A stretch of 62,465 bases of DNA, filler included, from Stramenopiles sp. TOSAG23-2 (lineage: Eukaryota): the NCBI GenBank assembly GCA_900128395.1. It is 7 parts of 7 records of this genome, joined end to end, with 100 filler letters (N's around TTAATTAATTAA, not from the genome) between each part and the next. Parts side by side here need not be neighbours in the genome. Positions count along the whole stretch, not along the records: positions 1 to 8,872 come from LT650156.1; positions 8,973 to 17,839 come from LT650157.1; 5 more parts are not named here. One strand, written 5' to 3'. The first letter of the stretch is position 1. Every line of letters begins with the position of its first letter. Positions 1 through 11,046 of this stretch are shown piece by piece. A program made the translations under genes and the position numbers. The notes below the pieces were generated by a model that was not told the DNA's origin, ran no database searches, and saw nothing but the letters and a program-made list of their open reading frames with translations.

Positions 1-265
1 AATTACGGAGGAGGGATTGTAGAGAGAGTAGGATCCTCTCTATTAAGAAGGGATTGTTTCTCTATCACATCTGATGTATCTCTCTCATTTGAGTTCAATT
101 GGACCGACTCTCAGCATATATGTAAAAAAAGAGTATTTTAGCTACTGTACGCGTATTTTATAGGGTGTTGGTTTTTATTTTTACGTCTCGTATGATACAT
201 ATTTTTTAATAAAATAAAACATTACTCTCATAACATATATACAATATTTTACGTTCACTCCACCA

Positions 266-1656
266 TCACACTACGTCTTTTTTTTTATTCACTGTTTTAA
301 ATCTTAAACTAGGCCATGGTAATCCATGTGGTGCCCTATTACTTGGTAAAATTGATATGAAAAAATTAGATGTTCCCATCACATGTTGCCAATTTTTTTT
401 ATAACCTAGATCGAATGGATTAAAATATAGTTTTCCATGTGCTAATGACTTATTCCGCTTCGATTTATTAATATAAAATTCAATGGTAGTTTGACCACTT
501 AACATTAAATACACATGCCAGAAAAATAAAAACGAAATTGCTATGGCTATTGAAGCACATATGATGAACATTAATGATATATTTGAACGATCTTTCGATG
601 GTATTTGGGGAAAGCCATAATCATTTCCATTACGTTTTGTTACCGCTAAAAATGGAAACAATGTCATCAATATAGCAAAAAGTGTACCAGTCCATAACCA
701 TAATAAAAACAAGAAAAAATATCGATAATTTCTCCATCCAACTACGTTAAACATCCACGGGCAATAATGATCCATTTTCAAAACTAATTTACGTGTAACT
801 CGATCATAATGTGCACGTGGTGGTTTTGGACCATTACTTTTTTTACAATGTCCCCATGCATATGGATTTTCAGCTGGTTCATCTTTTCTATTTCTAGCAT
901 CATCCGTATTAATAATTTGGCTTCTGACGCCCATAGAATTAGTAGTATTCATATCATTTGCTACTCGATTACGCATTTCATTATTTGGAGCAATTTGATG
1001 ATTTAATAATGGTTGTGTATCATTATTATTATTATTAGTAGTAGTATCATCATCATCATTGTCACTATCGTCGTCGCTACCAACCATTCCAGAATTAATA
1101 TTATTTAAAACATTAGGTGGTAAATCACCTGCTTGAACCGCTTGTTCAATCAAATTTTTAAAGGAAATATCATCATGTGTACCAGGATTTGTTCTAACGC
1201 AGTGATAATAATTATACAAAATATTAATACCTAAAAACGCAGTAAATATAGTGGATGCTAATCTAATTAGTGAATATGATGAGCCATATAATGGCAATAC
1301 ACAATTTACCCCAACATATAATACAAAAGATATTAACCCTGTCGCTACGATAACTAATGCTGGACCTAATATTAACATAAATGTCCTAAATCCGACTTCA
1401 AACAGTTTATTGAGAGCGTCGGAATATTTCTCTCCTGGTGATTTTGGTGCTATATATAATTGTTGGTTGTAATAATAAAGTATGAAAGTTAGTTTATATG
1501 TTTTTTATATCAATATTATAGACTATAAATAATTCTTTGAAGCATATAATTATTTTACAATATATATAGATCTATGATATATATAATAAATTATTATATT
1601 GATTTTTATTACTTACGCCATGCTTTCGCTTTCTTCTTCTTCTTCTTTTTTTCCAT
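266..1656 (-). CDS. DHHC-family protein S-acyltransferase (DHYC variant), 2 exons: 1656..1617 and 1449..266
   Basis: KPPRAHY...VLKMDHYCPWMFNVVG.RNYRYF, TTIE motif, NPFDLG...NW C-terminal motif, four hydrophobic helices. Upstream exon ATG..TGGC|GTAAGT, intron 1450..1616 with CTAAC branch point and TAG acceptor, joins in frame to give MEKKKKKKKAKAWPPKSPGEK... Confidence 0.92.
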
Positions 1657-2413
1657 AATAATTGTAATAACAACAATAATAATAATAAATGATTATAATG
1701 TGTTGATGATCTCGTTCATGTTCTATTTCCAATCATTTGTATATATTATAGTCGATTATAGTATTAATGATATTATTTATTTATTTATTTTATGTTTATT
1801 TTTTACATACAGATTCTGGATTGGCACATTGAGCATTGAGAAGAGTGCAAGAGGAGGAGATGCCAGTGAAAAGGAGATGTGCAGATGATTATACAATTTC
1901 GTTTTTTTTAGCACTTTATTAGCAAGCAGGTTTTAGCACTTAACCTAATATTAATAGCTATACATTAAGTAGAGTAAGGAGTACAATATATATATAATTT
2001 GTATCTGAAATTTCTGAGCTGTTGTCTGAGATGATAGAGTGAGATCTGGGATGGGAGATCACCACTCAGCAGACAGACTCCGAATACAACTGGACAGCAT
2101 TACGAGGCCTCGTATTTTACTAGAGACGACTATTATTTTTTTGCTTTTTTTTTGAAAATTTTGCGCCGTGATAAATTGGTTGTTTATTTATTACTAGGAA
2201 ATAGCATTAAAATTTCATTCTCCCGCAAAAAATAAAATTTGAAAATCACAACACTTTATATTATAGTAAGTTTAAAATCAAAAAAATATATATATATATA
2301 TACTGTATAGATATGTCATACCTCATATATATGGGTATGTATTATATATTACTATATACAAACTGTATTATTTCCACATTTGTTCTATTTCAATTGAAGA
2401 TATAAACTGCAAA

Positions 2414-4063
2414 ATGAAAACAGGAGATGGCCCATTTTCGACTCCTCAAATCAATCGTTTGATGACGCCGCAAAAAAAATCAGCATTAAATGCTTTGGAA
2501 ATGTTATCAAAAGAACCACCCATTTTTCCAATACAACAACATAGTGATACTATGCGTTACAATAATAGTAATGTAAGTGTATCCTCGACAACGATGTTGA
2601 TGGAAGAACCTTCCCCTGCACGATTGGAAGGTGCTAGTGCATTAGTATCGTTATTCAATCCATCTACACCTGGTATTAGTCAATCTCTAATGTCAATGAT
2701 GTCTGAAGCTGCTGAAGGATTTGATAAAAAACAGAATAACAATAATAAGAAAAACAAAAACAAACGTAAGGCTTCATCAAATAGTAATCTAATGAAGACA
2801 CCATCTGTACCGAAAGTCAGACGATATTCAACATCAAAAAAGCAGTTAGCGTTGGTAAATGCTAAAAATGCCAGTGGAAATAAAAATAGCACGAGAAAAA
2901 CCCCGAAAACAGTATCAAATCGAAAAGAAAAAGCATTAGGTTTGCTATGTCTACGTTTTGTTCAAGAATTTGAAAAACGTGGCAATTCTAATGGGGATGT
3001 ATTTTTGGACGAAGCTGGTAATAAATTAGGAGTGGAAAGAAGGCGTATATATGATATTGTAAATATTTTGGAAGCTTTGGATATTGTATCAAGAAAAGCT
3101 AAAAATTTATATACATGGCATGGAATAGATACGTTACCTAAAACAATTGCAACTTTTGAAAAAAGATTTAAAAGTGATTGGAATAAGCTTAGTGTAAATG
3201 ATAAAAAGAAAATCTTTATTGGTAGTAGGCCTATTAGCAAGTATAAAACGCTACGGGAGAATGGATCTTCGCGTGAAAAATCATTAGCAGTTTTAACACA
3301 ACAATTTATCTTATTGTTTTTACAAGATCTTACAGTTGCAAAGGAATTGATGAAGAAAAAGAAAATAAGTAAAATTGCTGGCAACGATAGTGGTAGTAGC
3401 AGCAGCAAACAGAACAATAGTAATATCGCTTCATATGCAGCATTAGTTACGTCGTTGGACAGTGCTGCTGGTCGATTAAGGCGTGGGCCGGAAGACCATT
3501 CACAAATGAAAACAAAAGTGCGAAGATTGTATGATATAGCTAATGTCCTATGTACACTGGATATTATACATAAAGTTCAATTAATGAGCAAACGTAAACC
3601 AGTATTTGCATGGAAAGGTACAACTAGCGTTGCATATACTAATACCAAAATTGGTGTCGATGGACTAAATGCACCAATTGCGATTAGTGAGAAAACACTG
3701 TTAGTATTAAGAAACAGTACATCTAATTTAGCGTATGAGACTCCATGTTTAGTTGTTGATACCAGTGTTAATAGAAATAGCAGCAGCAGTAGTAGTAGTA
3801 GTAGTAGCAGTAGTAAAAGAAGTTCCACAACTACAAAACAAAATGCTCGTAAAAAAAATCAAATCGAGAAGAAAAAGAAACGAAAAAAGGAGAAGAAAGC
3901 AAATGCGTCTGTTAGTATAAGTAAAAGTGCAAGCACCACAAAAAAATCTAAAACAACAATTAAATTAAAGAAAAAAAGTACTAAAAATGATATTGTTGTT
4001 GATGAAAAAATTACGAAGATGAACAACACGGTAGTTCAAACAGATGGAGTCGTATATATATAA
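2414..4063 (+). CDS. Atypical E2F transcription factor (E2F7/E2F8/DEL type, two DNA-binding domains)
   Basis: Two winged-helix E2F domains: RKEKALGLLC...LGVERRRIYDIVNILE and REKSLAVLTQQF...KTKVRRLYDIANVL. Confidence 0.92.
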   Translation: MKTGDGPFSTPQINRLMTPQKKSALNALEMLSKEPPIFPIQQHSDTMRYNNSNVSVSSTTMLMEEPSPARLEGASALVSLFNPSTPGISQSLMSMMSEAAEGFDKKQNNNNKKNKNKRKASSNSNLMKTPSVPKVRRYSTSKKQLALVNAKNASGNKNSTRKTPKTVSNRKEKALGLLCLRFVQEFEKRGNSNGDVFLDEAGNKLGVERRRIYDIVNILEALDIVSRKAKNLYTWHGIDTLPKTIATFEKRFKSDWNKLSVNDKKKIFIGSRPISKYKTLRENGSSREKSLAVLTQQFILLFLQDLTVAKELMKKKKISKIAGNDSGSSSSKQNNSNIASYAALVTSLDSAAGRLRRGPEDHSQMKTKVRRLYDIANVLCTLDIIHKVQLMSKRKPVFAWKGTTSVAYTNTKIGVDGLNAPIAISEKTLLVLRNSTSNLAYETPCLVVDTSVNRNSSSSSSSSSSSSKRSSTTTKQNARKKNQIEKKKKRKKEKKANASVSISKSASTTKKSKTTIKLKKKSTKNDIVVDEKITKMNNTVVQTDGVVYI

Positions 4064-4396
4064 AAAATACGTGTACGAAGTATATATTTACGCGAGTATC
4101 ATATTTAAAAATAATAAAAACTAATGATAAAATATATTTTTTTTAATTTTTATAAATTATTTACAGTATCATATGATATGATATTAAATATATATAATAT
4201 TAAATATTACAAATTATGCGTAAATTAATTATATATATATTACGAAGCTTCGTATATTTTTGTAACATTATACGCATACATATCTTATTTAAAATGCATA
4301 TTATATTTATTATAGCATCATATTATAATATAAAAATCAGCGCAGCAGTATGATATCACATATGATACGTATTATATATATCTCATATCATAATAA

Positions 4397-7300
4397 TCAC
4401 CTCCTTCCATTATTACTTTGTCTACCACTAAAACTACCACTGCTTCTTCTTCTTTCCATTCTTTTCATACGTTCAACCCGTTCTGTATATTTCTTTAATG
4501 AACTCTCATATGTTTTAGAAAAAACACCAAGTGTATTAAATGCTTTTGATACATCATATGTTTTTGGATCCTCACCAAAATATTGAGCAACAGTTACACA
4601 TAAACGGCCCATATCATCTAATTGTGTATGTAACATTTGAATTTTTCTCGAATCTTTTGATACAAATTCATTACATGCGGATGAAAATGCCATTTCCAAA
4701 AAATCACCTACATCATCTTCTTCAATGTGATTTGCATTACTAATACGCTCAACAGCTTCCATACCTGACTTCAAACGATTGAATTCTTTAACAATTTCAT
4801 TTCGACGTAATCTTGCAGCATTGCTTAAATCTTTTAACTCTTTTACCCACGATCCTGCTAAATTAATATTATTACCATTTTTTGCTTCTTCTGCTTCACT
4901 TTCAACTAAAAAATCCAACACAGTGGTCTTTTTATCCTGGCTTTTCGTCTGTGTCAATTTCAGCAAAGAATCCAATTTGAAGCCTCTTGCACCGCCTGCA
5001 TGCGTCCCTTGATTCATAGCATTTCCAATTGCTAAAACATTTCCCAATACTGATTTTAACGATTTAGAATCGGTTATGCTACGACATGCATTTGAAATGG
5101 TTGCAATCCGATTTGATATTTGTTTGAAATTATCATTAAATTGCAAAACGTATAGAAAAGTTTTACATTTTACTGGAAATTTGCTTGTTTTATTACATGC
5201 CAAAACCCACTGTTCTGCTTTACTTAACTTTGGCATATTGTTCTTTTTCATCACTTCAGTTCCATCTGGTGGCGATGCATTCCATTTCTTCTTGTTTAGC
5301 TTTAGAGTATTTAACACAGCTTTTGTCTCCAAGGGTGTTGGGCAAATATCTACTAATGTGGATACCTTTGCTGTTGTAAGTTTTTCTCGGTTCATTTCAC
5401 ACACCGCAGCAACAACATCATCAAACGTAGGAAATTGCTTATATTGTGCTAAACCAATTTCAATATTTTGAGTTCTTTTACCATCAATAGACGAACGTCT
5501 TCTTTTTTTCTCACCAGAATTACGACCATGTCCTTTTCCATTGCCTTTTTTTGTATTACTAGTTTTTGCAAATAATTGTTTCAACCTTGCGATATTATCA
5601 TCTTTGTTTGTATCTGCAGTACTTCCATTAACATTGGCCCATACAGAATCTTCCGGTACCTCTTCCATTTTATCCCAATGTAATTTCATTAAGTTTGACT
5701 TTGGTTTTGGAGTTGTTGTTATAGAAGATGCATTGCTGATGGTACCATTACCATCGCTATCAAAGAAATCACTGATATCAGCCGCCGAAATCTGAGCCAT
5801 CATCATTTTTTGTCGAACCGCTGGTGCAGGTATACCCATCGATAGCATCTTTTTAAACTTTAATAATTTGGGATTCATTGGTTTTGGTTTACTAACTTTT
5901 GTACCATTATTATTATTATTACTACTACTTTCACCAAAAAATGCATTTATCTCAGTTTGTGATATCTCAGCCATGATCATTTTTTGCCTTACTGCTGGTG
6001 GTGGTATACCCATGGAAAGCATTTTTTTAAACTTTAATAATTTGGGATTCATCGCCTTTTGCTGCGCTGGAGATTTATTTGAATTTCCATTTCCATTTCC
6101 ATTTCTATTTCTATTATTATTATTATTATTATCATTACCAAAAAATGCATTTATATCAGCTTGAGATATTTCAGCCATAATCATTTTTTGCCTTACAGCT
6201 GGTGGAGGTATACCCATTGATAACATTTTTTTAAACTTTGCTAATTTTGGATTAGCTTTTGTTTGTTTTAAAGACGACGTTTTATCATTTGCCATATTTG
6301 GTTGTAGATCTTGTTGGATTGCTTCATCTTCCCACATAGTTTCACGTGTTTTCTTATTGTAATAATACCATTTACCAGTCCCAGGATCTTTGCGTTTTCC
6401 ATCCCATTGTTTTACATTTTTATCCTTTAAATCATTATTCATATTTTGTGCAACAACGTTTTTAGTTGCCAATGCTTTTTCCTGCTGTACTGATGCAGCC
6501 TGTAATTGTTTAGAAGATTGCTGCTTGATACGATTGATAGTTTGGAAAAACTTTTCAATCTCTTGTGGTGGTACACGACCCATGATCATTTTTTGACGTA
6601 CACCAGGTGCAGGTACGCCAGCTTGAATCATTTTTAAAAATGGTTTTAAACGTGGATTAATACTATTAGAACCAATTTCTTGTACATTAGCACGCTGTTC
6701 TTTCATTTTTGATGCAGCGTGACGACGGAAAAATAAGTCAATGTCCTTTAATGGTATTCGTGCCTTTAACATTTTTTCCCGTACTGCACGTGGAGGCATC
6801 CCTCGTTTCAAAAAGGTTGTAAATTGATCTAATTTATTCGGCTGGCGTTTTCTTAAATTATCATCAGTATCAATTTCTGGGATAGGATTCATATTATTAT
6901 CGTTTTCATGATTCGGCTTCTTATTTTTATTTTTATCGATATATTCTTTTGCGTAATTCCTGCAAAATTTTTCCACCGATGATAATGGTATACGATCAAT
7001 AATCATCTGTTTTCGTACGGTTAATAATTGATTCCCATTATCCAATAGATTTCTATATTTTGTTAAATCAATTTCCTTTTGTTGGCCATTTTGCTGCTGT
7101 ATCTTTATTTGATTATCAACCACATCTGCCCATTGTGTTTCTTTTGTTTTTTTATTATAATAATAATAACGCCCGGATCTAGGATCTTTTCGTTTTCCAT
7201 CCCATTTTTTAGGAATTTCATTATTGTCCCGACTGTCATCCTTTTCCTTCATAGCCGCGCGTTTTTTTCCAGCACGTTTTATAGCATTTAATAAATTTTC

Positions 7301-8527
7301 TTCTGTGTTGTTATTATTAGCATCATTAATTTTGTCTTTTACATGTTCTAACTCTAATGATCCATGTGTTTGATGATTGTTATTTTGTTTTTTTATTTTT
7401 TTCAAACCATTCAAACCACCTTTATTGCGTATTGCTGCTAAAAGCCCACCACCACCACCACCAATGGCAGCATCATCATCCGCTGTTCCTTCTGGTATAC
7501 GTTTAGTTTCTTGTTTGGTTGGAGGAACTTTTATGTCTGAAAATCTTCTAGATAATAAATGTTGTGCTGTTGGGGACATTAATGGTTTATTTTCATTTTT
7601 CATTTTTTGTTTTTGCTTTTGGTTTAAATTGGATAACAAATATCTTGCTGTTGGAGATAATAAGGATGGATCATTTGTTGTGGTATTTGTATCAAAACTT
7701 TCATCATCATTATTATTATTTAATCCATTTAAATTCATTTGTGGACGTTTTTTCTTTTTCTTTTGCTTATTATTCATATTGTTGTTATTATGCTGTACTT
7801 CTTCTGGTAAATTTGTCCATATTTTAGGTACAGATGGGGCACTTGGAAGGATATCTGAAAGAGATTGTGATCTCAAATCACGGCCTGACATTAAAGCATG
7901 ACGATCCAACTTATTATTATTATTACTATTATCATTGCTCAAACCAGGATGATTCAATACAACATCATTATCATTTGCAACATCTGTTGTTTCTGCAAAT
8001 ATAGACAAATCAGCTGCACCTTCAATATTAGAATAGTCCCGTACTAGTGAAATAATTAAATTAATACAAGCAAAATCGTTATCAAAGTACACAATATGCC
8101 TCATATTTTTAAAACCTACAAACTGTGCAATGTCTACTTTAACAGTTTCTTTGTTACCACTTACGTCTGAAAGCGTAATTTTGAAATATTTTGCTTGATA
8201 TCCAGTTATTAAGTGCGTAGTATTTTCTCTATTTACATTATTATTATTCTTTTTCTTAGTTGAATTATCAAAAGCATATAACGTAACTTGTACTTGCTCT
8301 TGAGCTTGTGGAAATTTTACCATACTATTTACAATCGAGCCATCCGCAGTTAAAATAGTTTTTTCAGAATCTCTTCGTATAGAAACAAATACGTGTTGTC
8401 CATCTTGAACTTTTCCAGTACTCCCAACACCATACATAACCGATTTCACCTCAACAGCAAATAAAAAAGTCTCTTTTTCATGAAAACTTCTTGTAATTTT
8501 ACGTCCAAACCTTTTAATTAATTTCAT
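4397..8527 (-). CDS. Formin (FH2) with NT-C2-like N-terminus, WH2-like motifs, two WW domains and about six CCDC53/WASHC3-like repeats
   Basis: FH2: KLHW..., VLAIGNAMNQGTHAGGARGFKLDSLLKL...KTTVLDFL; WW: W...DP..G.YYYYN..T.ET.W twice; repeats P...KF.KML.MG.P..AVRQKM; WH2-like GGLLAAIRNKGGLNGLKKI; first ATG at 8527. Confidence 0.88.
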   Translation of the reverse strand: MKLIKRFGRKITRSFHEKETFLFAVEVKSVMYGVGSTGKVQDGQHVFVSIRRDSEKTILTADGSIVNSMVKFPQAQEQVQVTLYAFDNSTKKKNNNNVNRENTTHLITGYQAKYFKITLSDVSGNKETVKVDIAQFVGFKNMRHIVYFDNDFACINLIISLVRDYSNIEGAADLSIFAETTDVANDNDVVLNHPGLSNDNSNNNNKLDRHALMSGRDLRSQSLSDILPSAPSVPKIWTNLPEEVQHNNNNMNNKQKKKKKRPQMNLNGLNNNNDDESFDTNTTTNDPSLLSPTARYLLSNLNQKQKQKMKNENKPLMSPTAQHLLSRRFSDIKVPPTKQETKRIPEGTADDDAAIGGGGGGLLAAIRNKGGLNGLKKIKKQNNNHQTHGSLELEHVKDKINDANNNNTEENLLNAIKRAGKKRAAMKEKDDSRDNNEIPKKWDGKRKDPRSGRYYYYNKKTKETQWADVVDNQIKIQQQNGQQKEIDLTKYRNLLDNGNQLLTVRKQMIIDRIPLSSVEKFCRNYAKEYIDKNKNKKPNHENDNNMNPIPEIDTDDNLRKRQPNKLDQFTTFLKRGMPPRAVREKMLKARIPLKDIDLFFRRHAASKMKEQRANVQEIGSNSINPRLKPFLKMIQAGVPAPGVRQKMIMGRVPPQEIEKFFQTINRIKQQSSKQLQAASVQQEKALATKNVVAQNMNNDLKDKNVKQWDGKRKDPGTGKWYYYNKKTRETMWEDEAIQQDLQPNMANDKTSSLKQTKANPKLAKFKKMLSMGIPPPAVRQKMIMAEISQADINAFFGNDNNNNNNRNRNGNGNGNSNKSPAQQKAMNPKLLKFKKMLSMGIPPPAVRQKMIMAEISQTEINAFFGESSSNNNNNGTKVSKPKPMNPKLLKFKKMLSMGIPAPAVRQKMMMAQISAADISDFFDSDGNGTISNASSITTTPKPKSNLMKLHWDKMEEVPEDSVWANVNGSTADTNKDDNIARLKQLFAKTSNTKKGNGKGHGRNSGEKKRRRSSIDGKRTQNIEIGLAQYKQFPTFDDVVAAVCEMNREKLTTAKVSTLVDICPTPLETKAVLNTLKLNKKKWNASPPDGTEVMKKNNMPKLSKAEQWVLACNKTSKFPVKCKTFLYVLQFNDNFKQISNRIATISNACRSITDSKSLKSVLGNVLAIGNAMNQGTHAGGARGFKLDSLLKLTQTKSQDKKTTVLDFLVESEAEEAKNGNNINLAGSWVKELKDLSNAARLRRNEIVKEFNRLKSGMEAVERISNANHIEEDDVGDFLEMAFSSACNEFVSKDSRKIQMLHTQLDDMGRLCVTVAQYFGEDPKTYDVSKAFNTLGVFSKTYESSLKKYTERVERMKRMERRRSSGSFSGRQSNNGRR

Positions 8528-8872
8528 CCCGCGAATACAAACAAGCACAGCTGCAATTTTGACTCTACCAAAAACGAAAGAGGCGGATATTGATGTAAGG
8601 AAAGAATATCAAAATTAATTGTAATATAATAAAAATATTATTCCATGTAAAAATAGTGTATATCTTTTATATGTATATATATATACGTGTATGGACGCCA
8701 AACAAGTTTATGAAAAAAAAAACGTGATAGTAAAATAACGTAAGTATATATAGTATATCTATAAATACAATGATGCTTTGTTTACACACACTATTACTCT
8801 ATTATTTATTATTCCATATTTTAATTTGTATTATATAATTTTTTTTTTGGTCTTCTTTTTTTTTTTTTTTTT

Positions 8873-8972
8873 NNNNNNNNNNNNNNNNNNNNNNNNNNNN
8901 NNNNNNNNNNNNNNNNTTAATTAATTAANNNNNNNNNNNNNNNNNNNNNNNNNNNNNNNNNNNNNNNNNNNN
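8873..8972. other. Artificial contig linker (N44-TTAATTAATTAA-N44)
   Basis: Exact 100-nt spacer with stops in all six frames, occurring six times in the window. Confidence 0.99.
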
Positions 8973-10143
8973 GTTAGATTTGTTTCTTATAACTCTGTTG
9001 TTGTGATGTTTTAGTAATAAATATATACAATACCAGAATTACATTACTTATAGTAGTAGTATTAGTGTAGGTTGCATATACCTCGTAGTATCGAAAAAAA
9101 AAAACCGCAACTATAATATAAGAATAAAGAGCTCGCCATGGCTCTGCTCAGGGGTGGGGGGGGGAGAGAAAAAAGGGAAAAGGAAAAGGGGGGGGGAAAA
9201 AAGAAGAAGGGGGGAAAAGGAAAAAAAATCAATAGTGTATCCTTATATGTGTCTTAGGGTGTATTTATATGCTATATGAAAATAAATAACATTTCCTTAA
9301 AGCCCTTACTTAACTTTTTATGCGATATATGTGCTAATGATATTTATATGGTACAACCACTATATTCTACTATGCCCTGTGTAAAATACATGATATTTTA
9401 AACAAACAAAGAAACTACAATAGAAACAATTTTTGTATCCAATTTTTCTAAAAAATGATACAGTAGACCAACTATGATCATATTTAGTAAAATTGGTACT
9501 TTTGAGTATTCTGTATGTTGTTTCATACCTTGTATGGCGATGTTTTTCTCGATAACTTATTTTGTCTGTGCGATTTCAGATTGCTTTACAGAGAAATACT
9601 AGGAAAATTGTGTTTATACATCTTAAAAAGCGCAATTTTGCCCTAATTTTGGATACGATAATAATACTACACGTCCAGTAAAAGCCGAAGAAGCATATTC
9701 CAAGTTTTAACCTATCCATATTGATCAAATTTAGCAAAATGCAGTAATATTGTATATCATTCTGTTGGAGATTATTACTTTTTTCACTTGCTTCTGAAGT
9801 TTTTAATCTTTTTAATGGATGACGATCGTAAATCAAGTTCAAGGACAAAAGATGTAAAGATACTTCATAAACTATTTTGTGTATATTATATTATGATAAG
9901 CTGACATTTGTGGCTTTAAAGTTATTGATTTTGACAAACGTTACAGCAATTTGTTTAAGTATGTACAATCACAACGAAGTCAATCTGTTCCATATTTATG
10001 AAATTGACTTAGTCAATTAAAACTAATATTCCCTTTAATTTTTGTATATTACTATATGAAAAATAGTACTTAAATGACATTATAGCGTTCTATTAAAGAA
10101 ACCATTAAGGAAATGGGATAGCATGGACATAGCACAGGGGACA

Positions 10144-10375
10144 TGGGGCGACATGGGGCGACAGCAATGCTATGTACCTACTATTTGTTTTAATCCAAAA
10201 ACCATCATTTTGGCTAATATGGACATAGCATAGTGTTTCCGGAAGTCCCCAAAGTTTTGGGGCGACATGGGGCGACATGGGGCGACAGCAATGCTATTTA
10301 GTGTTAATCGAATATCTCCAAGGCCCCCCGTGGTATGTGCCTGCTATTTTTGTCGCCCCAAGCAATGGGGCGACA
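10144..10375. repeat. Cluster of TGGGGCGACA 10-mers (tandem and inverted), possible transposon subterminal repeats
   Basis: Copies at 10144, 10154, 10258, 10268, 10278, 10366 and an inverted copy at 10351 forming a 10-bp perfect hairpin. Confidence 0.7.
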
Positions 10376-11046
10376 CAATCTACTATAGACACAGCAAGAG
10401 CCAATTCCCCCCCCAAAAGATTATTAGCCCCGCCATTAAGCTGCTGGCCCAGGGCTGGCCTTGCCTTTTTCTTTTACTAACGTTTGCGATCATTCCACGG
10501 CATTGTGTGGGCCAATATTCCGAAAAAATCGGTATTATGAAACTACAAATATATCTACAATTTAATAATAGAACAAAATGTTTTAGAAATTTCATTAAGA
10601 GGAATATTTCGAATATGTGCAAAGGGCGTTACACAAATCATTGCTCTTCTTGTTTGTGCTGCTGCTCGTGGCTCGTTGTGGTGCTGGTGTGTGTGCTGGT
10701 ATGTACAATATGGTGGAGTTTATAGACTAGTCTACTATGTTACCTGTATTACACTACTACTAATAATAATCAATAATAATTAATAATAAATAATAATAAA
10801 AACAACAACTATTATATTAAAATACTGTATAATAATAATTAGATATAACTTTATTCCATTTGTATAAAGTAATTATAAAACTACAAATGAAAAAATATTA
10901 TACAACTCAATAATAATTAAATAGGCGGGAATAATCAATAAATGTAAATATACAAACTTTTAAATTACTTTATAAAATAAAAATTGTAAAACAACGTTAG
11001 TACCTGAAAAAAAATAAATTGTTAAAATAAGTCAAAGATTATAATT

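Noticed and set aside
9150-9230. G/A-rich tract as G-quadruplex or telomere
   Set aside because: Irregular purine run near a contig end with no repeat unit; looks like low-quality sequence
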